Source: Ramazzottius varieornatus
Taxonomy: Eukaryota > Animalia > Tardigrada
NCBI GenBank assembly: GCA_001949185.1
Contig: BDGG01000005.1
Coordinates: forward strand, 124,001 to 188,000
Length of the DNA stretch: 64,000 nt
Direction: 5' to 3'
Part shown: piece after piece, positions 38,506 through 50,474 of the stretch
Layout of the letters: every line of letters starts with the position of its first letter
How positions within the stretch are numbered: position 1 is the first letter of the stretch
Notes under the pieces: model-generated
What the model saw: only the letters and a program-made list of their open reading frames with translations
Databases searched by the model: none
Told to the model about the DNA's origin: nothing
Position numbers and translations under genes: made by a program

Positions 38506-41500
38506 ATGCAGTACGGAAAGCAGCTAAAACTTCTGCTATGGAAGAACATCACCTTACGGAAGCGTCAACCCATCCGTTTCCTGATCGAAATTATATGGCC
38601 TACTGTACTGCTAGCGCTTCTCGCGCTGGTGCGCACGAGGAACCTGCAAGAGACTATCCCGGAGGTTTGTTCCTACTTGTGTGTTACTAAGTAGTTTAAG
38701 TTGTACTTGAAAGTTTCTCCTTTTAGTGCCACTTCGACGAGAAAGCTTTACCATCTGCCGGAACTCTGCCTTTACTTCAGGTACGAAAAAAACCGTTAGG
38801 GTATGACCAGGCTCAACGTAATGCCAACCGGAAGTAGTAATAAAGCGTACCTTTCTTTCAGAGCTACATCTGTGCTTTCAACAACACCTGTCGCCGGAAC
38901 TCCAGCGATGATGTATACGGAACTGTCAACATGTACCACGACTCCATGCTGTCAAGGATCGCCGCCGTGCTCAGCGACGTATTCCACAACACGACAGCAC
39001 AAGGCGCCATCTTCGATACACTGGCTCATGCAACCGAGCTCTTCGACATTGGGAGCGAGCTCTCCCACAACATTAAGATCGTTCCACGCAACGGTCTCCG
39101 CTTCAGCGATGTCTTTCCCGTCTCGAAAGACAAGTACCATGCGTTGTTCAAACAGAGGAACCTCAGTCAGTCAGCGTTAGACACGGTGGACGCACTTCTG
39201 GTCGCAGAGTTTCGACCCTTCCTGCTGTCGGATGTTGCGCCTTTCGTGAATAGTGGCTCGTTGTTCTGTGATGTGGCACGGTTGAAAAAAGTGTTTAGTT
39301 TCGAGAATGGTACTAATGTGCAAGAGCTTTCGCGGATAGTGTGTCGGGTCCAGCTGTCAGCGTGGTATGGGCTATTGGGACCTGTGATCAACATGTCGCA
39401 TATACGTGCAGAGTTCAAACTGGAACCGGTGGACTTGAACTTCATGACGCTGTTAAGGGCTCAAGCAGCGTTCCAAAAGTTTAGAACGGTGGTCAAAGAG
39501 ATGGCTGTCCTTCAGCCAGCTGTGGCGGAAATTCAAGAGATTTATTCGTCGAGTAACGCAACCGGTCTCAGGTCAGTTATTCTTTTGACTATGAAATACT
39601 ACATTTTATTACAAGTCCAGCTTTTCACGTTGAATTACTATTGTGGGCTGTTGTAGGTTTATCGGGAAGTTTCTATGCGGGTCGAATGCCGGTATCTTCG
39701 AGAACGAAGACAAATTCATGCCACAAACACACATGCAGCGGATGCGCGAGTCACAGATGAGCGGTAATAATGTCATGATGAAACGCCGGGACGACAGGAA
39801 CGTAAAGAGTAACGTGTCGTCGGAGTTCTGCCACGAACTGTTTGACTCGCTGGAACAAAATACTAAAATCGCAATCAGGTATAATTTCCGCTCTACGAAA
39901 ATTTTCAAGTCGCTGGCTTTTGGTTTCCCGGTTGACAGCTCGTCCAATTTGTTGATCTCTAGATTCGTATGGAAGCCACTGAAGTCATTCGTACTCGGCA
40001 AGCTTCTATATACGCCCGATACGCCACTCACACGACGCATCGTGAAGCGCATGAATGAAACATTTGACAACATTGGTGGACTTCTGTTGGCCGGTCAGCA
40101 GTTCAGTCGGCTTCTGCCGGAGATGCTGATCGTTCTCGACATTGTGGCGGCTCAGAACAGTACGCTATCCACGAATGGGTCGCCTGGATCCTTTGATATC
40201 TACGGCGCTATCACGAGCATCCTGACGGATCAAGGTCTGAGTGACTTGATTCCGATGGTCGATCCAGCCTGGTTCGCAGGATTTCAGTTCAACTCGAGCA
40301 ATTTGGAAAGCTGGAAGGACAGACTGGATGCGTTAAATAACATCGTCAGTAACGCCACGCAGTTGCTATCGTGCTTCGACTTTGATAAGTTCGTCCCGGT
40401 CCGGACCGAGGCAGGACTGAACGTCAAAGGGTAATCAGCGACATTAACGTTGTATAAAATTAACCATGAAAAGCAATGAGATGAATGGGACCTAGGCAAA
40501 GAAACTAGAAAAAGATCTTTTGTCCAAGTGGCGCATGCTTTCAGCCAATATCACCAACAGCGTGCGCCACTTGGGAATATGTTAATGCAGAATGAAATAC
40601 TCTGATTTTCTGGTTGGAGAATAGAACGATAAATTCCCTGCTTTCTGTTGTAGGGTGAAACTGGTGGAGAATGGGACGTTTTGGGCCGGCATAGTTTTCG
40701 AAAGCTTGAACGCGCCGGAAGTCAGAGTCTCTAGCGACCTACCGCCTTTTGTCCGCTACAAGATTCGCTACGATGTGGACAAGATTGACTCGACCATCCG
40801 GGTTCAGGACAGGTTCTGGCGACCCCATCCACGACGTCAGCCTTTGACTGACATGAAGTATTACACGTACGGCTTTATTCAGCTTCAAGACATGGTTGAG
40901 CGAGCTTTGATGACGGAAATGCTGAACTCTACGGAAGAGCTTCCTGGTCTGTACCTACAACAGTTTCCGTATCCCTGTTACATCAGCGATACCTTCTTCA
41001 TGGCCATTTCCCGAAACTTTCCCTTGCTGATGACGCTTGCTTGGTAAGTTCAAATTTTCAATCGAGAAAACGCTAGGCCGAATCCGCGTACTTTATGCAC
41101 CTGCATACATTCAGATAGCAAAATGCGTCAGGTCACTGTTTGCACTGCGTGAAAGTTAAGTCTATTGTTTAGTCTTCATGCTCTAGCATACTGGTAGACG
41201 AGGCTCCATACAGGGTCAAGTGTACTCAGGTGGATGAAAGTCGGAAACATTCGTTTACTGGCTTGCCGCTTCTTTTCCTCCAATGTACCAAATGTTTTGC
41301 TTGCTGTTTTAGGGTCTACACAGCTGCCATGACCGTGAAGAGTATCGTCTACGAAAAGGAGAAACGTCTGAAGGAAACCATGATGATGATGGGCCTCAGT
41401 AGCGGTGCCAACTGGATGGCTTGGTTCTTGGAGACCTTCCTGATCATGCAAATTTCGATCGTTTTCATGGTTATCATCCTAGTCTACGGGGCGGTTCTAA

Positions 41501-44500
41501 TACACTCCCACTGGTTCTTCATATACATTTTCCTGGTGGCGTTCTCACTTTCCACGATCGCCTTCTCGTTCTTCCTGAGTGTCTTCTTTTCGAAAGCCAA
41601 CATTGCCGCAGCCGCAGGAGGCATCGTGTTCTTTACCACTTTTATGCCGTACTCGTTGTTGATCAACTGGGAAGACCGGATACCACTTATTGGAAAGGCC
41701 TTCTCCTGCCTGATTCCCAACATTGCGTTTGGGTGGGGCTCAAACGTCTTCGCCAGACGGGAAGAACAAGGCATTGGTGTCCAGTTTGACAACTTTGCCA
41801 TCAGTCCACTGGATGATGGCTTCAACCTGGTGTACTCGTTCGTGATGCTGTTGGGCGACGCACTGATGCTCTTCATTCTGGCGTGGTACCTGGAAGCCGT
41901 TATGCCTGGACAATACGGTAACGACAGCGATATCCGCAACTTTTGATATTGATTGTTCATTCAGTTTATTATTTCAGGTATCGCAAGACCTTGGTACTTC
42001 CCGATCATGTCCTCGTACTGGATGGGCACCAAGCGAAAGTCCGTGAAAGAACTGCATGGTTATGAGTCGGCGCCGACTGTGAACAAGCCAGATGTCGGGC
42101 ACTTCGAACCTGAGCCGTTGAATCGTCAGAAGGGTGTCGAGATCCGGAATCTGCGGAAGGTGTACCATAACGGCAAGACGGCGGTGGATGGACTATCATT
42201 GAACGTCTACGAAGGCATCACGGTACGTGGACAGTCGATCAAGATGTTGGGTTTCTGTAATAGTGTGTGAACAGTTTTGGGATGTACAGGCGCTGCTTGG
42301 TCACAATGGTGCAGGAAAGACCACCACGTTCAGTATCCTGTGTGGTCTCTTCCCGGCGACTTCGGGGTCCGCGAAGATCTACGGCTATGACGTACAGAAC
42401 GAGATGGACCGTATCAGAGAAAGCTTCGGATTTTGTCCGCAGCACAACGTTCTGTGGGACGACCTGACTGTCGATGAACACCTTCGCTTCTACGCCAGCT
42501 TGAAAATTTCCGACCCGACAGAGATCGCGACGGAAGTCGCCAGCATGATCGACAACGTCGGACTTCCACACAAACAGTTTGAGAAGATAAAGAACCTGTC
42601 AGGTAAGATCATCCATGAAGTGCGCTGTGTGATATGAATTGACAAAACACAACACGTGAGTGTCTGGTTAGGTGGAATGCAGCGGAAGTTGTCCGTAGCC
42701 ATCGCGTACATCGGTGGCGCCAAAGTCGTCTTGTTAGATGAACCCACAGCCGGTGTAGATCCTTGGGCTCGTCGGGGCATATGGAATCTCCTCATTCGTT
42801 TCAGGAAGAACCGTACTACCATCATGAGCACGCACTTCCACGGCGAAGCTGACACACTCAGTGACAGGATCGCCGTCATAGCAGATGGGCGGCTGGTCTG
42901 TAGCGGCTCTCCGGTGTTCTTAAAGTCCCGTTTCGGGTGCGGGTACTACCTCACTGTGGTCAAGTCGTCGTCAGACACGAACGAGGAAGAACTGGGAAGG
43001 TTTATACGGGCCTTTGTACCAGAAGCTGTTCTGATTGAGAATGTGGGCAGCGAGATGTCTTTCATACTACCCACTGATGTCAAGAAAGAGGGAAGGTTCG
43101 AAGCCTTGTTTGAAGCACTGGACACTATGTTGGCACGCCTAAACATCTCGAGCTATGGGATACGAGACACATCTTTGGAGGTACGAACACTTTTCACACA
43201 TTAATGAGCGACGGCGCAGTCGTGGAGAGAAAGGCCGTGCTTGTCACCGGGTTGACAGACAGTTTCATAGAAAGATGACGAAATGTTGTAAGACCCAGGA
43301 AGTAACTCCCCGACCGCTACACAGGACAAAATTAAAGAGAACTTAAATTATCCAAAGCGATACAGAATTTATATTTTTTAGGAAGTTTTTCTGCGTGTGA
43401 TGGATTCGCACAACAACCACAAGGAGAAGGATGAAGACTTGGCCAACGGTGTAGCCAGTGAAGGTTTCCTCGCGAAGATGCGCCGACGATACCGCGGAGG
43501 AGGGAATCCGGTTGATGGAGCTCTTGAAGACCCGGCTGCCTTGGCGACTTCCGGTGGAAGTACTCTGAGCTCTCAGTCGCAATCAGTTGCACTGGACGAC
43601 TGGGACCACATTAACGTTGCCATCAAGCGTGTATACGGCCCTCGACTAGCCCTGCAGCAGATGAAGGCAATGCACATTAAACGATTCCATAACCTTCGTC
43701 GAAGCAAGAAGAGCTTTTTCTGCGAGATTTTACTTCCGGCTCTGTTTGTGTGCCTTGCTATGGTCGTGACATTGCTCACACCTGTTCCACTTGAGCAACC
43801 CGCTCTCGAGGTAACTTTTCCTCAGTTTATCCCTGCTTTTTTGAACAGTGTTACTGATATGCAGTTTTTTGTTCCAGCTTACGCCTTGGCTGTATGGGCC
43901 ACCAAACTACATGTTCTTCGCCGACGAGCAACCAGGAAGTCCCAACACATCTGTTCTTCTGAGGAACATGTATGAAGGTCCCGGTATCGGAACGAGATGT
44001 ATGAAGGGCAGCCCGGTTAGTGGAAAGAGCTGCATTCCCACCATAAAGAATGATATCAGTCAATTGACACCTGAATTCCCGGTTTCTCGGAACGCCACAC
44101 CTTCATGTAGCTGTGATGTATGTATGCAAGAGGAACACTCGTACCGATTCTAAAATTAATCAGTACTACGGTATCTAACTTGTTTGCGTTGCAGGTGGGA
44201 GGACAAATTTGCCCAAGGAATGCCGGTGGACCAATGCCTCCCTGCATGTTGCTGAATACGACCGACTGGTTATGCAACATGACTGGGCGTAATGTATCGT
44301 AAGCTACTGTTCGCGGCACTTTATTCAAATGCGCTATTTGTCTACTCGAGTCTAACGAACAGTGTTCTGTGAATAGGGATTGGTTAACGAAGACCGCAAA
44401 GAACTACGATAGCACTCGCTATGGTGGATATTCGTTCGGTGAAGTTGATACCTTCGCCCAGTTCAACTTTACGGTCTGGAAAGACGGCTTACGTGCGATG

Positions 44501-47452
44501 GTCGAGCAAGCTCAGCAGAACGAAGAACCCGTTCCTCACGAGAACGGGCTCCAAGGTCGATGGCGTAACTTTGCCAAATTGCTATCGGGAATGTTCACCA
44601 AAGACAACATCAAAGTCTGGTTCAACAACCGTAAGTTTTTCTCAAAGAGTTCTGCAGAGCGCAGATTCAATTGTTATACTTCGGTCTTAGGTGGTTGGGC
44701 CAGTTCGGTGTCTTACACGAACGCAATCAACAACGTCATCCTCCGTAGTCGCTTGAAAGCCGGCGCAGATCCTTACCAGTATGGTATCATGGCAGTTAAC
44801 CATCCGCTCAACCGGACAGAAGAACAAATGGAAGATCAGATCATCAAAGAGAGCGCAAAGTCTCTTCTCCACGCAGTCTGTATCATATTCGCCATGTCAT
44901 TTGTCCCGGCCAGTTTCGTGATGTTCCTCATTGACGAGCGAGTTTCCGGCGCGAAGAACCTACAGTTCACGGCTAAAGTGAAGCCGTGGCTTTACTGGGT
45001 ATCCACCTACATATGGGACATTGTCAACTATTCCTTGACGGCTTGTATCTGCATCATGATTTTCCTGGCTTTCAATGAACAAGCTTACGTGTCATCCACA
45101 AATGCCCCCGCACTGATATGTAGGTTCTCACTTTTTGTACTAGATTATTTTCGTCGCACGCAGAAGGGAGAGATCAGAGTTTCATCTGCCTGCAAACGCT
45201 GTTTTTTTGGTATACAATCACGCGGCTGTATGCAGGTGCATGAAAGATAGATATTCTTCTTTTGCCATCTTCCGTATCTTGTAACTATATCCGTACTCTA
45301 ATTGCCTTTTACTTCTCAGGTCTACTCTTTCTGTACGGGTTCGCCGCCATTCCGATGATGTACATCCCAAGTTACCTCTTCAAAGTGCCAAGTTCGGCGT
45401 TCGTCGCACTAGCTTGCGCCAACCTCTTCCTGGGTCTCGTCTCAACCATCACAGTCTTTATTCTGGAACTTCTGGACGATGTCGAGTTGCAAGAAGTAGC
45501 CGCTATCTTACGCAAAGTGTTTCTGGTCCTGCCTCACTACTGCCTCGGTCGAGGTCTCATGGACTTGGCCATTACTAATGTTAAGGCTAACGTCTTCTCT
45601 CGATTCGGTCAGGAAGTGGACGACCACCCATTCGAGTGGACATTCATGGGCAGGAATGTCTTTTGTATGATGGTACAGGGCATCGTGTTCTTCCTGTTGA
45701 CTATCCTGATCGAGTATAGGTTCTTTGTCAAACCGAAACGTGTAACGGTGGCGAGTGAAGTGCTGAGAAACGAAGACCGCGACGTAGCCGCCGAAAGAGC
45801 GCGCGTTGCAGCTGGACATGCTGACAACAGCGTGCTGACTTGCCGAAACTTATCGAAAGCGTTCAAGAAGAGAAAGCAAACTTATCTTGCAGTTGATAAT
45901 ATCAGCTTTGCCGTGGAGAAGGGGGAATGTTTCGGCTTGCTGGGTGTCAATGGCGCGGGTAAGTAAGCTCGTGAAACATTAATATATTGGGAGGCCGGTA
46001 AACGAAACGTGCAAGAACCGTCTTCAAGTGGCGCACTCTTTTGTTGGTATTGGTTAGACGCGTGCGCCACTTCAGAACAGATCTTGCGCGTTCCGTTTGT
46101 CGACCTCCCCAATAGACCTAACAAGTTAGTAATAGCTTCAGTCTAAAATATAATTCTGGGTTGTAGGTAAAACAACCACGTTTAAGATGTTGACCGGAAA
46201 CCTTATCCCGACTTCCGGTGATGCTCTGGTCAATGGTCACAGTATCTGCCACGATCTTGATGGTGCGAGGCAGCACATCGGGTATTGCCCGCAGTTTGAC
46301 GCCATTTACGACTTGCTGTCGGGCCGAGAGCATCTGGAGTTTTATGCTCGCATTCATGGCATTCCGGAAGCGTACGTTAAGAAAGCAGCAGAAAAAGCCC
46401 TAGCGAGGTTGCAGTTGGTCCAGTATGCAGACCGATCTGCTGGAGGATACTCCGGCGGCAATAAGAGGAAGCTGTCCACCGCTATCGCTCTAATTGGGAA
46501 TCCTGACATCGTGTATCTGGATGAACCCACAACGGGAATGGATCCAAAAGTAAGCTATTACGAGATAGACGATTTTGCAATGTTGGACCACATTATTTCG
46601 ATGAGACAAATCTGTCAGTCTCTCGTGCGCCTGCATACTCTTGCATGATACCCGCTACCTGTGCTGCAGTATGCAGGTGTAAAAGAAATTGCTGGGTTGT
46701 GGGTTGACAGTCCAGATAGGAAAGTCTTTTCTTGCTTCCAGGCTCGTCGCTTCTTGTGGAACAGCATTCTGTCCATGATCCGCGAAGGTCGTTCTGTCAC
46801 CCTGACTTCTCACAGTCTCGAGGAATGCGAAAATCTCTGTACAAAGTTAGCCATAATGGTAAATGGTCGATTCCAGTGTTTCGGGTCCGTCCAGCACTTA
46901 AAGTCCCGATTCGGTTTCGGCTACTCCGTCGTCATCCGTTGCAAAGACCCCGAAGCAACCAACAAAATATGTGATTTTATGGAAAGCACATTCCCCGATT
47001 CTCGCATGCAGGAAATGCATTACAACACAGTCCAGTACCGCATACCACTCGTGGGTATCAAACTCTCCTACATCTTTGGGTCTCTCGAACGAAACAGAGA
47101 CCACCTTCAGATCGAGGACTTCTCAGTCAATCAGACTAACCTCGAAGACATATTCATTGAATTTGCCAAACATCAGACTGATTTGGCTACTGATGAATTC
47201 TATCCCGGTGCGGAAGATGTGATCCTCAGTGTCCCGCAACAGCCACCAGCAGCTTCAAGTACTCGTCCAGCGGACACCTTGAGCGTGGCGGACACAACCC
47301 TGACTGGTCTTTCACCAGTTCCCGACATGGGCAGATACAGCCCTGACGATATGGATCTCGGTGTGAACTTTGTGAGTGCTCAACAATCTCAAAAGCTTAT
47401 CCAGAAGCACGCTGAAATTTACGTCGCACCTGTTGAATCTACTGATTTGTAA
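38506..47452 (+). CDS. ABC transporter subfamily A, full length (ABCA1/4/7-like), multi-exon
   Basis: N-terminal [16 protein letters not shown]; [10 protein letters not shown]; NBD1 [31 protein letters not shown]; NBD2 [41 protein letters not shown]. Confidence 0.95.
40485..40577. mobile_element. Family A copy, right outer arm lost (ABCA intron)
   Basis: TGGGACCTAGGCAAA...CCAAGTGGCGCATGCT...GCCAATAT...AGCGTGCGCCACTTGG. Confidence 0.8.
41090..41241. mobile_element. Family B inverted-repeat element (ABCA intron)
   Basis: ACTTTATGCACCTGCATACA ... TGTACTCAGGTGGATGAAAGT. Confidence 0.65.
45179..45246. mobile_element. Family B inverted-repeat element (ABCA intron)
   Basis: TTTCATCTGCCTGCAAAC ... 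GTATGCAGGTGCATGAAA. Confidence 0.65.
45985..46114. mobile_element. Family A copy in the intron splitting the NBD2 Walker A motif (ABCA)
   Basis: TATTGGGAGG..AAACG..GCAAGA...AAGTGGCGCAC / GTGCGCCACTT...TCTTGC..CGTTT..CCTCCCCAATA. Confidence 0.8.
46620..46686. mobile_element. Family B inverted-repeat element (ABCA intron)
   Basis: GCGCCTGCATACT ... AGTATGCAGGTGT. Confidence 0.65.
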
Positions 47453-47622
47453 ACGTGGATCTGTAATAGAGTCTAACTTAGATGGTCTTATTGAAGTTTA
47501 TCTGAGTCTCCGTTTTATCTTGTTTTATATATTTGATCTTTTGTTGCTGCTTTTCAGCATGGCTCCACTGAGAACCTTGTGCGATCCGCTAGTACCTCTA
47601 GCAGCGTATAATACTGCCTGGC

Positions 47623-47639
47623 TCTCTCTCTCTCTCTCT
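47623..47639. repeat. (CT)n microsatellite in the ABCA 3' region
   Basis: Uninterrupted CT run. Confidence 0.8.
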
Positions 47640-48042
47640 TGGCTGTCCCTCTTTCGCGCTGCGCACTGCGTTGCCCCGCTTCCGGCAGGCCTTTCGTTGC
47701 ACACCGTCTTTCACCCAAGTATATCCCACATTCGAACACCCAAGTAAAGACTAGATGGATTAATTAATCCGACGTAACTTTCACTGTTCTACTTTTACCT
47801 CTAGTTTCAAAGAATTATGTTTGGCAACGTCAAAACTGCAGAGTTCTATCGTCTTATGTACTGTAGAGCACAAAGTTTTGTTGAAGTCCGCGACTTTTTA
47901 TCTTTCAGTTAGAGCGACCGGTGAAAATGGTACAGCCAAAGTGATACTATAGAGGTAATAAGCATTTGAAATAAAACGAAAATCTACATACACACTCGTG
48001 AACTACGACAGTAGAATCTAGACAACACGATAACTTCACAGT

Positions 48043-49706
48043 TCACACCTTGATACCCGGTGTTCGAATGGTATCTTCAGCTGCTCTGCGCTCGATTACT
48101 TTGGTATCGCTGGCTGCGTCCTTCCTTGGAAGAAAAGCAGTTCTCAAATGTTCCATGAAAGATGACCCGGGTTTAGTATAGTATGGTGAACCCTCTCTCT
48201 CAATCTGCAACAAATACAATGAAATACAGTGAGAGCGAAGTAGCGTCCTCAGAAGGACGTTATGCGTGGAAGCGACGTGATGCTCAAAATACCTCATCCA
48301 GGACAGCTCGAAGTTTGCCGTTGTCGGCCGACGTCTGCCAGACCTCGTCCGCTCCATAGGTTTCAGTTACATCCGAGTGTGTCCGAGCCCATTTTTTCCA
48401 GCTAGAATACCTGCAAGAATATTTCCGACAACAATAGCGAAAGACGTATGGTTAACTTGTAATGCTGCGCCAAAATTACTTGTAACGCAGTTCGTCCCAA
48501 TCAGAATCTTGGTATGTTTCTCGCCAGTCTCGGAACATAGGTTCGTAGTAGTACCGAACTTTATCAAATGGAACTTTCTCTAAATCTTCAGCCACCACTT
48601 CCGCATCGGCAGGCTTGGTCCAATCGTACACGATGATTTCGGTGAACGGCTCCAGCTGCTTCAAGAGCTTGTCTTTGTAGCCAGACTCTATCATTTGAAG
48701 GTATTCCGGAGTGAGCACTTCACTGTTCACTTCGTGCTCCTGCAATAAAAGTCCGCAACTCAAATCACAACTTCATTTTATAAAACTGATTAACCAGAAA
48801 GTACTCACAAGACCACGCTTTTTGATTCTTTCCAAGCAAGTATCTACTGTGGCATCCAAGTAGATTATGCAGTGTGGTCTCATCAAGTCTTGAATAGTGT
48901 TACTTTTGATTTCATAGTAGAACTGACGAGCTGAAATGCAACGACCAAGGCATCATCCAATAGTCACTGGAACCGGAAGTGGAGCAGTTAGCAAAAGGGA
49001 CATCCTACCTGGTCTTCCCATGTAGCCTTTCTCCACCATAGCTTCCACAAAAATGAAGTCGCTGTAAGCTGAACGTTCCATGATGATACCTTGACCTGCA
49101 AGAGAGACGTCCCGTAAAGTTAGACGTTCAGTGGGGAACAAGAAGAAGTTTACCTGTGCTGAATAGATGCAGTAAGGCGTTGCAGTACTGGTAGTATCGT
49201 GCAATGTACTTCGTGATCTGAAATCTGGCAACCAGCATGTGGTGAGGATTTCTGTAGAACTCCTCCACTTCGAAATGCTGAGTAGTTGGTCCAAGTCGGT
49301 CCGCATACTTGCGGGGATCCAGTCCGACTAACCAGTCGTAGTAATCAGGGAAGCCTGGCTCAGGCAGATACTTCATCCCAAGGAGCTCGGCCAGATTCTT
49401 TGCCAACGTCGTCTTGCCTACACCAATGTTGCCCTCCACGACGATCACTTTAGAATTTTCGTCCAGACGATGGACTGTCTTGTCGATGTTGAAGAAACTG
49501 TGGTACCATCTGTACTTCTTGGTCTCGTAGGGCCAGGGATCTTTGTTATATGGCACTCCTCGGATATCCTTGGCCACCTCCTTGTACTCTTTCAGCTTCA
49601 TTCCTCGGGAAGGGACACACACTACTCCGGCAGGGGCTTGCGCAAGCAACCTGCATTTTGATATCAGCTTGCTGGGAGTGCAGGATGTATGGAGGGCAGA
49701 TGCCAT
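48043..49706 (-). CDS. NDUFA10: NADH dehydrogenase 1 alpha subcomplex subunit 10 (dNK-like fold), multi-exon
   Basis: Mitochondrial-targeting-like N-terminus; DENSKVIVVEGNIGVGKTTLAK; GIIMERSAYSDFIFVEAM; RPHCIIYLD; VYDW. Confidence 0.92.
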
Positions 49707-50474
49707 TTCCTTGGAGTAACCACAACAGAATACAAGAAAAGGGCAGATTTTTCTCAGTGTGGTCTGATGGTCATCCCGTACGTTCAATCGCTTTTCGTAC
49801 AAGGTCTGTGCAACTAGGGGCCTTCTGCGTCGTTCGTCGTCAGTTTTCAAAGATTAATTAACATAGAACTCCTGCCAAACGGTGAGATTAACTCATTTGG
49901 GAAACAGGGAAACCACGATGGGGAAACTCTACGTGATGTTATGCACGCCTGGAACGCTGGCAGAGCAGAAGAAACACGGCAAGGGGTACCACCAGCATTA
50001 GACTTCGCTTTTGATTTGGTGATTGAGGCTGTGCATAGCTGGAAAACGGTTAAATCGATTTATCTTACGAAACCAGTAAGTTTTCGCGATGACGACAAAG
50101 CACTTATAGTTTCTGTGTCACGTACTGTGGTGTTGGCCCTTCGAGATGGCCACCCACCGGAAACGGAAGTTTTCGAACGGTTTTCTCTTGGCCTCTTGCA
50201 AAAACTTCATCCCCTTTCGGTCCTGAGTGTGTAATCCCGATTCCTGACAAGTTCAACCTCTTCAAGATTGTTTACAGCAATGGACGGTGAGGTAAGTTGG
50301 TTAATCATTTAGTTGTTGGTCGCCAGTCTGCCCAGGTGCCGACGTATTGTTCTCTTTCAGGGGTTTGTTACACATGCTATATCGAACCACTGGCTTTCCC
50401 TCGGACAAATCTGGGTACAACTCCAAGCATCAGATAAGGGAAAGTGACACTGCCTTGCGGAGACGGACGCTAAG
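49707..50474. promoter_or_regulatory. Putative bidirectional promoter NDUFA10/USP30
   Basis: Head-to-head genes; tandem ETS cores ACCGGAAACGGAAGT at 50156-50170. Confidence 0.5.
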
